63,045 bases of DNA, filler included, from Bigelowiella natans CCMP2755 (GCA_000320545.1; 6 parts of 6 records of this genome joined end to end with filler, not necessarily neighbours in it), one strand, 5' to 3'. Positions 38,149 through 52,646 are shown, counted from the first letter of the whole stretch. Program-made: numbers and translations. Notes: a model not told the origin generated them from the sequence alone.

Positions 38149-39686
38149 ATGGGAAAAATTCCAAAATCCACGCATTCTCTCTTTCACTGCACACAGGAGA
38201 TAGACGCTCCCAAGATGATTAGCTCCTCCCAATCATCCTCCCCTCCCCAGTACCAGTCCTACTCACGCCAGTATGTGACGGTGGGGGAGGTGATTGGGAC
38301 TGAGTCCGGATTCCTTCGAGGCCATGGGACGCGAGCGAAGGAGGGGAAGTTGCAGGCAACGGTGTCGGGCTTCGTTCAAAGGTATTTCACATGTCACATA
38401 CATCGATCGTTCCCAATTACGCTTAGGACGCAGTAGGGACTGTACATCTCCACTCACCCACTCTTCCTTGTGGTGGATGATAATCGATTTCTCATGCGAA
38501 AATGCTTATTTAATAAGGGTGAACAAGCTGGTGTCCGTGAGTGCTTTGAATGCCCGATACAATGGAGAGGTATGTGCCTAAGACAATGTTTCTTTTCACT
38601 CGTTGAATAAACTGGGAGCGATCATGATACTGTAGTAACACAATTCTCTCAAGCCCTTCTTTCTTCAGCTCCCGCATCCTTACCAGCCACCACACCATGT
38701 TACTCTTTCTCTTATTGACATGAATATGGTTTGTGTGCACGGTGTACTCTGCTCTTCCCCCACTATTTAAAACAAGATCGGCGACGTCGTAATCTGTAGA
38801 GTGCTAGAGGTACGAACAAGATGCTCTTGACGTACTGCAGTTGTTTGTTTGAAATGCTGTGTTTTCACTGAATTATCGAATTATCGAGAGACCAGAAGAC
38901 AAAGCAATGTTACAGAAGAAACCCACCATCAAAACATTCAATTTTACACGTCTCCCCTCGAAGTCATCATTTTGATCTCTTTTCATGGTCGTCCCTGTGT
39001 CCCTTAGGTGGGGGATAAGCGGTGGAAATGCGACTGCAACTCTCGTCAAAACGGCGTGCTATTGCTTTCTTCCGTGCATCTACCAGGGGGAGGTACGAGA
39101 CACAAGAGTGTAGTATGTTGTTTGCGGTTGCAAGCCGATGAATATTAATCCGCCACGACTCCTATCCCCACAACTATGCAATATAAGCCGAGCTCTTTTA
39201 ACAAATGTATATGCTCCCTGTTAGTGCAAAGGAGGCGAACAGAGGAGGATCAGAGGAAAATGAGACAATATTTCATCGAGGGAGATTTGATTAGTGCGGA
39301 GGTGCAGGTGCGGAATTTAAGGCGATGCGTCAATTATGTTTGCAGAGAAGATCTGTAAGAAGAGAATGCGAGTTTTAAAAGAGTACTTAAGGAAGGAGAG
39401 CAGTATTCACCTATACCTCGATTATTCGAATTCTTATGCACTGCTGCTATGCTGCAGAAAATAATGAACGACGGTGCGATTTCGTTGCACACGCGTAACC
39501 TGAAGTACGGAAAGCTTCATAACGGCATCTTCTTGAGGTTGCGGAAGAAAATGGAGAAATTAACACTTCCCGCATATGCGCTCAAATCTTATCAAATTTT
39601 TCTCCCGTGTCCCTTCGTTCCTTACTTCTTCCTCCTCTATTACCCTCCCTACCCTCCTCTCCCCTATCATCATCATGATAATCATT

Positions 39687-39720
<34 letters not shown>

Positions 39721-40979
39721 ATATTATCAACATTTCGATAGCGTACACTATTTCATCCACGGCCCTTTTGTCATCCTTCGTCCGCCATTTCTCATGAAGT
39801 AATGATCGCCCACCCCCCTCCCACGCAGTGTGCCCGCATCCCTGATAAAGCGGTGTAAGCAGCATTTCCACCACATCGCTGAAATCGGCCTTGACCTCAT
39901 CTTGGGCAACAACGGCTACATATGGCTGCAGAAAACGCGCCGCAAACAGCTTGTTGGGAAGGGCTTCGAGGCTAAGCAAACGGAGGTACTTCCTAAGAAG
40001 AAGATGAAGCAGAGTGCCCATCCGGATGCTGTTGAGGGGGGGGGGGGAGGAGAAGGGGGAGAGGAAGGCGAAGACGGGCCTGGTTCTGTGAGTGTGCGCG
40101 ACCGCGAGAAGATGTGTAGAATCAGGAATTCGATTGTCGCTCTTTCAAAGGTAGTAGTAGTTAGTAGTAGGAGGACGAGTCAGGGTACCTCTGGTCGTTA
40201 GGAAACATGCTGCATACTGGCTTTAGAAGCTTCACCATCATATAGTATAGAGGGAATAGTAATTGTGGTATTCCTCGAGCAGAATGCACAGATTTAGATG
40301 AGGTATCTAGAGTTCCCTCCTTCCTCGATAGTAGGAGTCATCAACGTCATCAGCATCAGCATCATTCAGCACCTCATTATCTCACCATCTCTGCATGCTG
40401 TATGTTACCATCATCTAAAGAACGTTGCGTTATTTTACGTCGATTATAATGACTACTAATCAAACTGCTTCCGCTGCTGCTGCTGCTGCTGCTGCTTCTT
40501 TTTACCACCCTCTCCTAGATGTTTGTGTCGATCTACCTCAACACCATCATGGACGTCTACAACTACTCGCTGGTATGCATAGAACACTTTAGGAGAGAAT
40601 CGATGGGGTTTCACACCAACGCACTCACAACTCCACAGAATTTTAATTGAGCGAAAAATAACGACGATCCTGGCCTAGCACGTCAAAACAATTTGCGTGT
40701 TTTGGTCATCAAATCCTGGGGGGTGGCGCGGGGTCGAAGACTTCTAGCCCGCAACTGTTGTTTCATCAGACTATTCTCTCGTTATGCAAGCTCGAATTGA
40801 GATGTCGCACAAACATATTCCTTCCCAATACAAAGGAGCTGGGACTCGAAACGCGCGACATAATCAACCCCGACCTACTGCAACGTGTAACCCAAAAGGC
40901 TGTCGCGAGGAGCCGTGCGACGGGGACAGCCTCTCATGATCAGGCGTCGACTGTTAGTGATTATATGATGGAAGATTAA
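38149..40979 (+). CDS. RRP4: Exosome complex component RRP4 (EXOSC2), multi-exon
   Basis: VTVGEVIG..FLRGHGT, GFVQR|VNKLVSV, RYNGE|IGDVVICRV, KRWKCD, LLSSVHLPGG, RRRTEED, EGDLISAEVQ, SLHTRNLKYGKL and LILGNNGYIW. The start could be ATG 38149 or 38215. Confidence 0.93.
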
Positions 40980-41546
40980 AAGCCGTTATCAAGCCCACTG
41001 GAGAGCTTTAGACCGTTTAATAGATTAGGACATTTGCATGACAGCGCTACATGATAACAAGCAAAAGAAAATGTAGTGAGATTAGCTCGGTCACACGGTG
41101 CCGCAATACTTGCGATGAAAGTAGTCCTAACTGCGGTGGATGTATGCACTCAATCATGCTATGACGAATAAATATTGCTTCCGCACAGCATCATGCGGCT
41201 ATGAAATGCGCCGTAGATTGATCAATTGCAATGCTACTCTTTTATATGCCTACTACACAACAGCTCTACGTGTCGCCGCTTTAAACAGCTACATTACTAG
41301 ATTAGGATGACAATTGAAAAGATATAGTCATTCGTTTCACCCGTCCCGCAGCTGTGCGTGCGAGGGTGCGAAAGCTAGCAGCGATGCTCGTTAAGTTGCC
41401 ATATGTAGTAGCCATATTCGCAAAGAGTAGCATATAGAAAGCCCCATACGTTCTTAGCGTGTGGACAAGCTACTTTACAATACGACAGAAGTCAAAAAGT
41501 CGGCCTAGAAGCGCGTCTCTTTCTTCATGCGCCGTATGAGACTTTA

Positions 41547-41640
41547 TTAGGATTCAAAAGATCTCACTTGGCGCATCCGACCATCAGCAAGGCAACAATC
41601 ACAGTGCATGTTAGAATATGAACACTTGTTATTCAGTTGG

Positions 41641-41677
<37 letters not shown>

Positions 41678-43953
41678 CGATCCAGGTGAAGGATTTTAAG
41701 AAATCATAGTCGTTCTCTTCTTCCATACGAACACTAGTCATTGGCAATCTACATCACTGCCGTGCGTGTATATACAGCGAGAAAAACGATTTATCGTTTA
41801 GCATTGTCGAAATTCCGCGTTTGGAACTTGCGGAAACCAAGCGGAATGCTATCCCCCACTAGGCTCTGCGATGTAAAGTCAACCAATGGACAACTCACAA
41901 GATGGCCTTATCAGTGGTGTGACGATCGTAATATGCTGCGGTATTCGCATGTGTATAAGCATATGCATCCACACGCTCACACTCACACTCACACACACAC
42001 ACACATGCATGCATGCACGTATCTCAGACGCTTAAAAAACATTAATATAATACGAAATGATCTAGAATATCTCAGGGCCGACCGGAGTGTATGGGTCATC
42101 ATACTGTATCAGCTGAGGAGTGAGCACAAGCAACAAACCACAATGAAACAAGACGGAAAAACAACCACCACTTTGCATTTCCTCAGATTCATCACAACTC
42201 CTCAGATGATCACAGCCATTTCCCAAGAGGGCAGTATGTATCATCATCACCATCATCACCATCATCATCACCATCATCATCGATCATCATTCTAGATCAA
42301 TCATTACATTATCATCATCATCATCATCATCGGTCATCATCACCTCCCATTTGGGGTCGATTGGATATGCCAGCAGAAACCTAATGTCCATTTTTGAGGA
42401 AAAAGGGGTTTCTACTTAGGAAATTGAATTAAAAACAACGACGCCTCTCGTTCTCACGCATGGGTGATGATGTTGAAGTGTGGCAAAACAGACACGTAAT
42501 TACACGGTATCGAATTTATTTCCGGTGAATCATGGTGTAAAATCGCCATCTGACTCGTTTCCCCCACTTTCTTCCCGGAACTATCATGATTTACGCGACT
42601 CTTGCATCTCCTTCAATGCGCTTTCCAACATGCGTATTATCTGCTCTATGGCGCAGCAGTATAAGATTCGTCAATGCTTTTAAGTAAACATCGAGCTCCT
42701 CCCATGAGAACAACGCATCCTAGCACCTGTAAGAGCCGCGGATGTGGTACAGATTTCCGTTCCTATCTTTCTCAACCTGTAGGGAGGAGTGCGCGACAAA
42801 ACAAAAACGCCCCTCACTTACGATTGCTGGCGATGGTGTTGTCCCCCCGCCCCCCCTCCCCCCCCTCCCGACTATGCTCCCCTCTCCATCCACCCTTCTA
42901 ACCGTATAGATTCCGGCGGTTTTCTCTTCCCGCAAGATGTGAGCTCCTGATAGAGCATTCGTGCCAATATTTCACGTTAGTTTTCAAGTATGGCTCTGCA
43001 CGTAGATTCCAAGGAATTGGCGTTTATCTGAAGAATCTAAAAATAACACGCATGCATGCGTATCGTTGCCGCGGAAACACGTGTTGTGCCCTTCAGCAGC
43101 TTCCATGTTTCTATGCTCGTGAATAACGACAGCTCCTTCCTATCTATTTGGAGGAGAGATCGATATTCTGCCGTATGAATAGTAGCATCATCATCACCAT
43201 CCCCCGCCCCCTCCCCCTCCTCCTCCTCATCATTATCATCACCAATATATTATCAGTAATCATCAACATCAGTGAGAGGACGGCTCATTCATCCGTTCAA
43301 ATGTAAGCACCTATTGCTCCTGGGGTTCCTCCTGGCCATTTTACGTCCCCTCCGTAAATTGGGATAACCACGTTTTGGATGCCGTACGACGAGGAGGGCG
43401 ATGATGAGCCCAACAATGATGGCGGAGAGACCTTGAGACCGCTATTCAGTCTTTTTCTCCCATGATGAGCATAATCGCTCCCTCTCCCCCCTTTCACCCC
43501 CCCCCCTTGCCACCTCACGACATCGGCAGTATCAATAGTTGCCGCGCGATCGCTCAGCGCCATTGCCTTGGGGAAGGGCCTTGGATGGAGGAGATCCTGT
43601 GCGCCGTGGGCATTCATATCAAAGAGTTAACTTCATAAATATGTTTGTTTTTATATAATTAAAAAACAAACAAACAATAATGATGATTTTCAATATTGCG
43701 AGACCTCCTTCTCCTCATGGAGCCGGATTCTGCTGAATACGTAAGCTCTCTGCTTTGTCTATGCCTCAAATGAAAACACACACACACACACACAACTCAC
43801 CCCCTCTGCCAGTTGTAGTCCGGAGATACAGACTCGAGCAGCCCCCATCAAGTTCCATATGCGAGAATGGTACCTGATGAATGCCCGTCGCAGCAGAGCT
43901 TTTTATGGGTAGTTAAGAAAACAACACTTCCATGCTAGACCACTGAGGGGGGG

Positions 43954-43988
<35 letters not shown>

Positions 43989-44680
43989 GAGAAGGACTGC
44001 TCTAATTAACGATGATGATGTTAAAAGGAAGAGGGAAATAGGTGAGAGTTACGAGTGAACGACAAGAAGCCGCATCGTGAAGGGGATTTGAAGGAAGATG
44101 TCCCTGCAGATATCCTCGCCCGGAAAACCATTCGTCTCGCTCTTGTTGCTGCTATTGTGGTGGGAATCCTTGAAGGCGATTAGACGCTTGAGTACTGCTC
44201 GGATCTCGCCATAGCCCCTTCAAAATAGCCCCGCAATCGAAGATAAAATAATTATACGATTAGTTATAGTAAGAAGAGGAAGAAGAAGAAGAGGAGGAAA
44301 AGACGTGCATTTGCACGTTAGAGTGCCTGTCAAGCGCGACAAACTGTGTGCGTAAAAATTCATGGGAATGGTGAATGCGACCTTGCGCCGGATTTGCAAG
44401 AAAAGCAAGAACATATGCCATTAAGGAAAAGTTTGCCCCCCCCCTCCCCCCCACCCGTATCCTTGGTAGGAGTATCATGAAATGCTACTTATATGCGAGC
44501 ACTGCACTTACTTGTGAGGCAGCGTTCGCAGCGTCAGCTCTGGATCCTGGCCAACATGTGAGTGATGATAGTTATCGTTCAGTACACGAAATTCCAGCTG
44601 ATATTTCAAACTACAAAGCGACACTAGACAAGGGCTTTGATCTCGCACCAACGATGTATGAATTCCATCTCTCTCACTCT

Positions 44681-44721
<41 letters not shown>

Positions 44722-44764
44722 GTATTTATATATATGTAGAGAACAATATGAACGATGCCCTTAT

Positions 44765-44795
<31 letters not shown>

Positions 44796-45710
44796 GCTGC
44801 TACTACTACAACTATAACAACAGCAATAACGACGATGACAACCGCTACTCCTCCTAATCCTTCACTGTCGCACAGCCCATGAGGCCCAAAAACACAAACA
44901 CAAGCGCAGAAATAACAAGCAGAATCATCAAGTTCCTTTCGAGAACCGACCCTTGTCTTCTCCCACACGGATTTCCAGCTGCCGTACATGCTACTACTAC
45001 TGTCTCCAAGGTCTCTCGCCGATTTCTCGGAAGACCCCTCCCCCTCCCCCCCCCCTTCAGGTTCGTCTTTCTCGCAGCAGTCCAGCGAAGTGATGATCCT
45101 CCTCATGCTCGGCTTGGGGGAGAGCACAGCTAAGAGGGCCGCGCTATGAGGGGGTGGGGGGGAACAAAAACAGTACACATACGCTCATGGGCATTCCTCA
45201 TTCTCCCGGTATTCTTTGAACCAACCGCCTTCTGCTGCTGTCTAGACTTANNNNNNNNNNNNNNNNNNNNNNNNNNNNNNNNNNNNNNNNNNNNTTAATT
45301 AATTAANNNNNNNNNNNNNNNNNNNNNNNNNNNNNNNNNNNNNNNNNNNNGATGGGGGCCTGAGTGGGGGTCACGGCTCCATCCTACCACCCAGAAACCT
45401 GATGAAGTCCCGATAGAACACGAGAGCCCATAGATATTCATATACGTCCTCTTATTATGATGTCGTTGGAAGCAGGGTGCTGTAATCCCCAGAGAAGAAA
45501 TTGGAGCGTCGGAGATAATTCCCTACGTAAAAGAAAAAAGTGTAGTCGTCATCAAGGAAATTTATTACTTGTTTTCAGTTGACATAACTGAGAGGCTGTC
45601 CCCCTAAATACCCTGCGATCCTTCTTCAATAGTGTACAAAAGCATAAAATTATTTCCAGACGACCTAGCGCTTTTTACACGGGCCGTTCGAGCGGGTGCT
45701 AGAAACCCTA
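41547..45710 (-). CDS. PUS7/TruD-family pseudouridine synthase-like gene, divergent, many small exons; boundaries uncertain
   Basis: Ordered exon peptides YHSRIWNLMGAARV (cf. YQSYVWN), YGIQNVVIPIYGGDVKWP (cf. YSIHDVVMPLPGFDVIYP) and YHIRGSYR|FLLAYPIDPKWE|LIQYDDPYTP (cf. [30 protein letters not shown]). Confidence 0.6.
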
Positions 45711-46088
45711 TTTTGCATTTGGTGTTTTCAGTCTCGAATACATAGCGTCGGAATAGAGGGGAACCCTTGTTTGTAATATAAAAATATACAAAGGGATAAT
45801 TTGTTTGGAGAATATTATGCGTTTGAGATTAAAGGGGGTGGGGGGCGGACATTTAATTAAAATGAAATTTCCCCAGGTATGGAAGTTGTTTTCTGTTTTA
45901 AACCAAAAACTCCCCCTCTCTGAGGGGAGGGACAAAGGCAAAAAGAACCCCTTTCTCTTTTGATTACGCTGGGAGCCCGCGAAAAAAAAAGGAAAAGCCC
46001 AGGTAACCCCCCCCCCCCCCCCCCTTCTCGCCCCCTTCCTCGCCATCAGACGCTTTCCGCAGTGCTTTCGGAACATCATCTGCAACGA

Positions 46089-46136
<48 letters not shown>

Positions 46137-46399
46137 CCCCCGTCCCCCCCTGAAACACATACCAATCAATAGGCTCTTTTCCGGATCGCGGAGCTTGTAG
46201 ATTCAAAAGACCCGCCAGTGAGAAGCAGGGGAGCACTGGGAGAGGGCAAGGGGAAGATGAAAGTAGAGGGGGGAGGGGGAGGGGAGGCGGAGGAGGAGGA
46301 GGAGGAGGAGGAGGAGGAGGAGGGGGAGGGAAAGGGAAAGGGACAACCCGGCAAAGCAGCACCCGGTACTGCCGCTTCCTCCTCAACCCCATCATCATC

Positions 46400-47972
46400 A
46401 CCGCCATCGTCTTATCCACCGTCGTCGGAGGAGGAGGGCGGCAGTGCAGGCCACTACCGATGGAGGTCGGCGCGGATCATCGTGGATGCACGCAGCATTC
46501 GCTACGAAGCTCTCGTAATGCACTCCCCCTTCAACAGTCGAGAGGGGAGAGAGGAGCTCTTCAGTCGCCTGGTCAGTGCGGATCGCGTGCTGATCACTGT
46601 GCAGGGTGTTTTCATGCTGCTGGGGCTCTACTGAAATCATCACCACTCCTTCTCCCCCCCCCTCCCCCCCCCTTCCCCTCTGGTTGCCATTTTTGTGCGG
46701 CACTTACATCACCGATGGAGTACTGAAATATGAAAAGTGTTTCAGTCGTTAGTAGGGGTGGGGAGGGGGGGTTGCTAGGCGGTCGTTTTTGAATATAGCA
46801 GCAGTGCGTGGTAGTAAACGTTTCATATTTGTTGGTTGGTATAATATATATTGCCGTCCGATATTGTTGTGTCATCAGAGGAGGGAGAGAGAAGCAGCAG
46901 CGGAGAACTGTTTATCAGGGAGCGGCGACCAGGCTGACTCAAAGAATGGGGTCACAGCTGACGAAAAAGACGACGAGTGGGAGGAGCAGCATAAGGGTGG
47001 TATTTTCATCACCATAATTAATACGTTCTTTTTATTTTTTTTTAGCATTCGTCGCATTTGCCCTCCCCCCCCCCTCCCCTCCTTGCATAGAGGACACCAT
47101 TTGTATCACCTACTACTGGCTCCTTCCTGAAGATCTCTTCCCCCCCCCCTCTCTTCCCCCTCCTCCATCTATCACGCTCGCCCGCCGGTGCGATTGAATG
47201 GCTAGGGACGCTGCACACGCGATGGCGGCCATTCCAGCACAACTACGACTCGATGGTGCGGAAACGAGACTCGGTGGTGGTCAAGAAGGTGGTCGTGGAG
47301 GAGATTCATCATTCCATCACTGCCATGCCGGAGTACTGCGGGTGAGTGTGTGAAAGGGTGACTAGCACCCAGCCACTGCTAGACTACCCAATGAAGTGAA
47401 TATGATACGTGGTGGTGGTGGTGGTGGTGGTGGTGGTTGTTGTTGTTGTTGTTATTGTTATTGATGATGACGCTGATGATGATGATAGCGGTCTATACGG
47501 CCTGTGATCAGATGGTTTGAAACATTAATGTACGACTCGGGTACCCGTGTTAGCGCGATGAGCGAAATCATCCATACAAAAAGCAGCAGAGCTTTCATAA
47601 AAACGCTATGATTTCTGTCCCGCGAACACGCTCAATCGCGGGACAGTAACCGTCGTTTTTCCGAGGATCAATTTTCCCCCCCCACCCCCCTGCCACCCCT
47701 CACATGAGAAAGAACAGACAGCGACGAGTCAAACGACGATACGCTTCAAAACTTACCCCCCTCAGGAAATCGTTTGAGGAGCTTCGTCTGGAGGACTACA
47801 AGTACCACGGCAAAACCCCGAGCAGCTCGGAGGCAAAGGCGCCGCCCTCGATCGTCGTGAGTGGGATTTGCAAGGTCCTCCTCCTGGGCGACGCGAACCG
47901 CAAGATCTCCACAATCGAATACATCAACAACGCCGTGTCGGACGACGCAGTCCTCACGGAGATGGCTGAAAT
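46400..47972 (+). CDS. Hypothetical protein containing a GLEBS (Rae1/Gle2-binding) motif; partial model, probably extends to ~50.4 kb
   Basis: Splicing across intron 47342-47765 gives HHSITAMPEYCG|KSFEELRLEDY (cf. Nup98 HQCITAMKEYESKSLEELRLEDY). Confidence 0.65.
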
Positions 47973-48137
47973 AGGTAGGCGTGAGCACTACAGGGAAGTT
48001 GGAGGAAGGGGGGGGGGGGGGGGGCGTATGTGTGTGCATATATGTGTGCGCATGCGTGTGTGTGGTATTTGCGATTGTTGATATATTGTGATGGTGTTTC
48101 TTTTTAACTCGATTAATCTTGCCTGCTGCTGCTACTT

Positions 48138-48173
<36 letters not shown>

Positions 48174-49310
48174 TAAGGCGTTCTGTACCTGCTTCTGAGA
48201 GTGGCCAACCACGACCCCACAGTCAAAGCCTCGCCCTCGTACGTACTAATCACACCTGGTTCCACAAATTACAGAAGAAGAAGAATAACAAGAGGAAGAG
48301 GAAGAAGAAGAAGAAGAAGAAGACAACGACAGGAGGCGATTCTTTCCCAAAAAATAATGTGGTGGAAAATCGCTATGGAATACTCGGCAGAACAGAATTT
48401 CTTCTTCTTCTTCTTCTTCTTCTTCGCGATCAAAAGATCGATGATTCAGAATCTCTTCAGTGCCAGCGGCCATTCAAAATTCTCGAGACCCTTTATCCCC
48501 CTCCCTCCCCCCCCCCCCCCCCCCAAAGTCTTCTTGTCTGAGCATCCCAATTTTAGAACCTCCGCGCGCTTCTAGAGGCAGCGCTAAGAGCAGCCTGTGC
48601 TGGTGTGCGATTCGTTGTGTACATGCAGGCATCTGAGCGACGTCTTCGATGCGATGGCCAAGATCTACGTCGCAGCAGCGACGCACACCAGGAGGAATAA
48701 GAATAGTCGCCCCCCCCCCGCGACCAAGGAAGGGATAGACGACCAAAAGAAAAGGAGACCGTCGCCGTCGCGAAGGCAAGGCTATGGGCGCGTGGAGGCG
48801 GGAGAATCATTTCCCAGCGCCGATGAAGGCTTGGAGGGAAAAAAGGAGAGTAAAGAAAGGTCGGATTTGCTCCTTATATAAATTCCTAACACAGCAGCCA
48901 ATTTTCTGTCTTAATTATACTCGATGGCATCTCACCCCCCCTCGCCCCCCCCTCCCTTTGATCCGCAGGGAAAAATCGTCGGCGATCACAGTGTCTTCTT
49001 CATCGTCGCCATCGCCTCTATATCACTACAAGTACGTGTCAATATTTGGCTCATTGATTCTCCGTTTCAGAGTAGCCATTGTTGTTGTTGTTGTTGTTCT
49101 TGTTGTGGCCCGTGCCTGTGGGACAGCAGACATTGTATTGCATAGTAGCAAGTTGTGGTGGTAGCGTTAGGGGTGAAACGGGGAGGGGGGGGGGGGAGCT
49201 GAGAAGACATGCTCCTCATCATTCATGCTGCTATCTTTTTGGAAAGAGATCGGTGGTTTGCTGTGTTTGTACTGAATGTGGTGTACCATTAAAAGTAATC
49301 GCTACTACTG

Positions 49311-49342
<32 letters not shown>

Positions 49343-50713
49343 TGCTACAGGGCTCTTCGTGAAATCTTAGCATTGCCACACTGTCCGGAGCATCTGCAGC
49401 CATATGCTGGACGTAAGTCTGTGCTGCTCGCGAATCTTGAATATGTGAAAGAAGGGAGAGGGGGGGCGGCGGGGCAAGGGTTGGAAATTCAAATGTTTGC
49501 ATTGGCTGTATTGTGGAGTGGTAGTGATGTAGCACAATGCATGATGGCTGTGAATGATGCTGACGATCGATCGATTGATCCCGGCAATCATCATTGCAAA
49601 CGTAGCTCTCTTGCGTACAATGGCCTCGGTGGACGATATAGAGAATGGCGACGCGGAGGCGACGACGGCAGCGCGCTTCGTGCACGATCTATCTGACCAC
49701 CATCGGCCAGGGAAGAGTGCGGGGGAGGAAGCAAAGATGAGGAATCCTGCGCGGCAGCAGCAGCAGCAGCAACAGCGCGAACAACTGAGCTGCTGGTACT
49801 CATCGGCATCATTGCACACGCGCACACACGCACAGGCACGGTGCCTCCGAAGCCCCTCACATCTTAAAAACCAGAACCCACCACAACACCACAAGGACAC
49901 TAAGGAGGAGGATGGGGAGGAGGGCAATCGCGGAGGCAGCAGCACCAGCAGCAGCGCGAGTGGTGGCGGCCACGGCAGCAATGGTGACAACAACAACAAC
50001 AACGACGACGACCAATATAACGCCAAAGAAGGTGACCGAGGCAGAAGCGAAAGCAGAAGCGGGAGCAGCAGTTGCAGTAACAGCAGCCATTCGCTTACAA
50101 ATGTAGCCGACGATACCAACACCAACACCACCACCACCACCACCACCAACACCACTAACACCAACAACAACAACAACAACCACAAGCACCACCGTTATGG
50201 CAGTAGCAGCAGCAATCAAGGTGGCGGCGTGGCAAATGTGCTGCGGGGGGCAGTCGATGATTTCCACGATCAAACCCCTGATATGGCGAGAAAGCACCCT
50301 TCCGAGCCCGACAGGAGGGGCCGCAGACGTCGCCGAAAGCAGCACTTGGGCGATGACGTCTTCAGCTGGGGTAAGGTGTGGTTCTACGACCGTCCGGGGG
50401 GGGGGGGGGAGCTGGGGTTCGTGCGGCAGTCGTTAGGCGAAACCTGTATGCGATCCAGCTCGCTGGGGTAAAGGGGGGGGAGGAGGAGGAGGAGGAGGAG
50501 GAAGAAGAGGGGGAGGGGGAAGGGAAAGGTGCCCGGCCCCCTTTGGAGGAGGCCGGGGCGGANNNNNNNNNNNNNNNNNNNNNNNNNNNNNNNNNNNNNN
50601 NNNNNNTTAATTAATTAANNNNNNNNNNNNNNNNNNNNNNNNNNNNNNNNNNNNNNNNNNNNGGGAGGAGAAAGAGGGGGGGAGGGACAGGAGAGGAGGA
50701 AGAGCAGAAAAGG

Positions 50714-51229
50714 TCAGTCTACGCTCCGCACTTTCGCGGGTGCATTCGACAGAAAAATCCTACCTCGACCAACACGCTCGCTCAGCTCAACATGATGTCT
50801 GCATCGGAACTCAAGAAAGCTGTCAAGAAGCTCAGGCCAAAGAACAAGCGGGCAAAGTTCGCACTCCAATGCGCTCATCGAAAGCTCTTCCGCCAGTGGT
50901 TGATGCAGCTGCACGCGGGTTTCAATGTGCTGCTCTTTGGCGTCGGCTCTAAGAAGAAGACATTGCAGCGATTTGCCAGTGAATGGTTAACCGAAGGCCC
51001 CGTGCTCGTCGTTAATGGCTACTTCCCCGCCCTGAACTTGCAGAAAATCCTCTACGCAATCACAAAGGACATCATGCCCCCCCCCCCCCCCACGTTCGCA
51101 ACTCTGTTGGAGCACGTAGAGTACATTAGGGAGTTCATTCCAGAATGGGGGCGGAACGTGTATATGGTCATCCACAACATAGACGGGGAATCCTTACGAT
51201 CAGAGGCCGCACAGAGCGTTATAGCTCGC
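50714..51229 (+). CDS. ORC2: Origin recognition complex subunit 2, internal exon only
   Basis: FRQWLMQLHAGFNVLLFGVGSKK, VLVVNGYFP and VIHNIDGESLR are ORC2 signatures. I did not find the C-terminal exons downstream. Confidence 0.85.
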
Positions 51230-51235
51230 GTGGGG

Positions 51236-51274
<39 letters not shown>

Positions 51275-51452
51275 TGAGAGAGTGATGGGGATGACATCTC
51301 CTTTCCGCGTGAAAGTAGAAGCACTGGTAGCAGCATCAGTCGTTGTAGTAGTCCCCAGCTCTCTCCTCATCTACCATCGAGCTATGTTTCCTCCTCCTCC
51401 TCCCTAAATGCGAATAACAACAACAACAACAACACCGAAAACTCACATGCAG

Positions 51453-52044
51453 GCCTGGTGGAAGGAATTCACTGAGATTAGGCCGTCGCATCGGCACAGG
51501 CTCGTCAGGCTCTTTGCTCAGTACGTTCAGCTGTGCAAGATGACGGCAACGATGATGATGATGATGATGATGACGACGATGACGATGGCGATGGCGATAT
51601 GTGATGATGAGAACAATTATGATGATTATGATGATAAAGATTACGACGACGATGATGATGGTGATGATGATGATGACGATGATGAGGGCATTCGTTTTGC
51701 AGGCGCGGGGATGGAACGAAGGCGTTTGCTTGCACATTCGTCACACCGATCGAAGCGCCTCGCCTCTTGGTTGTTGTTGGCGTTGTTGTTTATTGTCGTT
51801 AGTTGTTCGTTTATTTGTAGTGGTGGTAATGGTAGCAGTAGTAGTAGTAGTAGTAGCAGAGTAGCTATGCGTGGTGACATTTTAAGCAAGAATAATAATG
51901 ATGATAATCATGATAACATTAGTAAGGATGATCATACAAAACAATTGTGCAATGTCGGCTGATGGCACTACCGTGTAGAAGCCACTCCTTGAGCGATATA
52001 CGAACAAAACCAGCATGTATTTATACACACACACACACAATATA

Positions 52045-52092
<48 letters not shown>

Positions 52093-52593
52093 TTAAATGT
52101 TATATGCGTGCACACGTAACCCTCTTTCCTCTCCTCCTCCTCCTCCTCCTCCTCCTCCTAATTCGCCTGATAAGGACACACCGTTGCATGCCGCTCGATT
52201 CGTCTCTCTGATGCCTGAGCTCAATGCTGATGCACAGTCCATTGGCGCAGGAAACTACCGGAGGTCCGCCCCCCCCCCCCCCCCCCTCTTCTCCCCACCC
52301 AACCCCCATCCACCTCCACATCAGAAGAAGCAGCTTTGAGATTTGTTACTGAGCAAAAAGCCATGGTCGTAATTGCCGTGAGGAGCCCTTGATCTCTCGC
52401 AGCTTTCACAGACAAACGCCCATATACTCGTTGATAATCCTTGAACCAAGATCGCGCCCTGCTGCTATGCATGTAATCAGGTCGGGATGTGGTGCCGCCC
52501 CCTCACGACTTTAGCTCTTGGCGCCGGTGATGATCACGACGATGACGACGAAAAGAAGATTGATGATGATGAAAATAAAATAATGATGATGGT

Positions 52594-52646
<53 letters not shown>

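Noticed and set aside
45710-46030. Homopolymer-rich odd sequence (also 62930-63045)
   Set aside because: It looks like low-quality read sequence next to poly-G/C runs.
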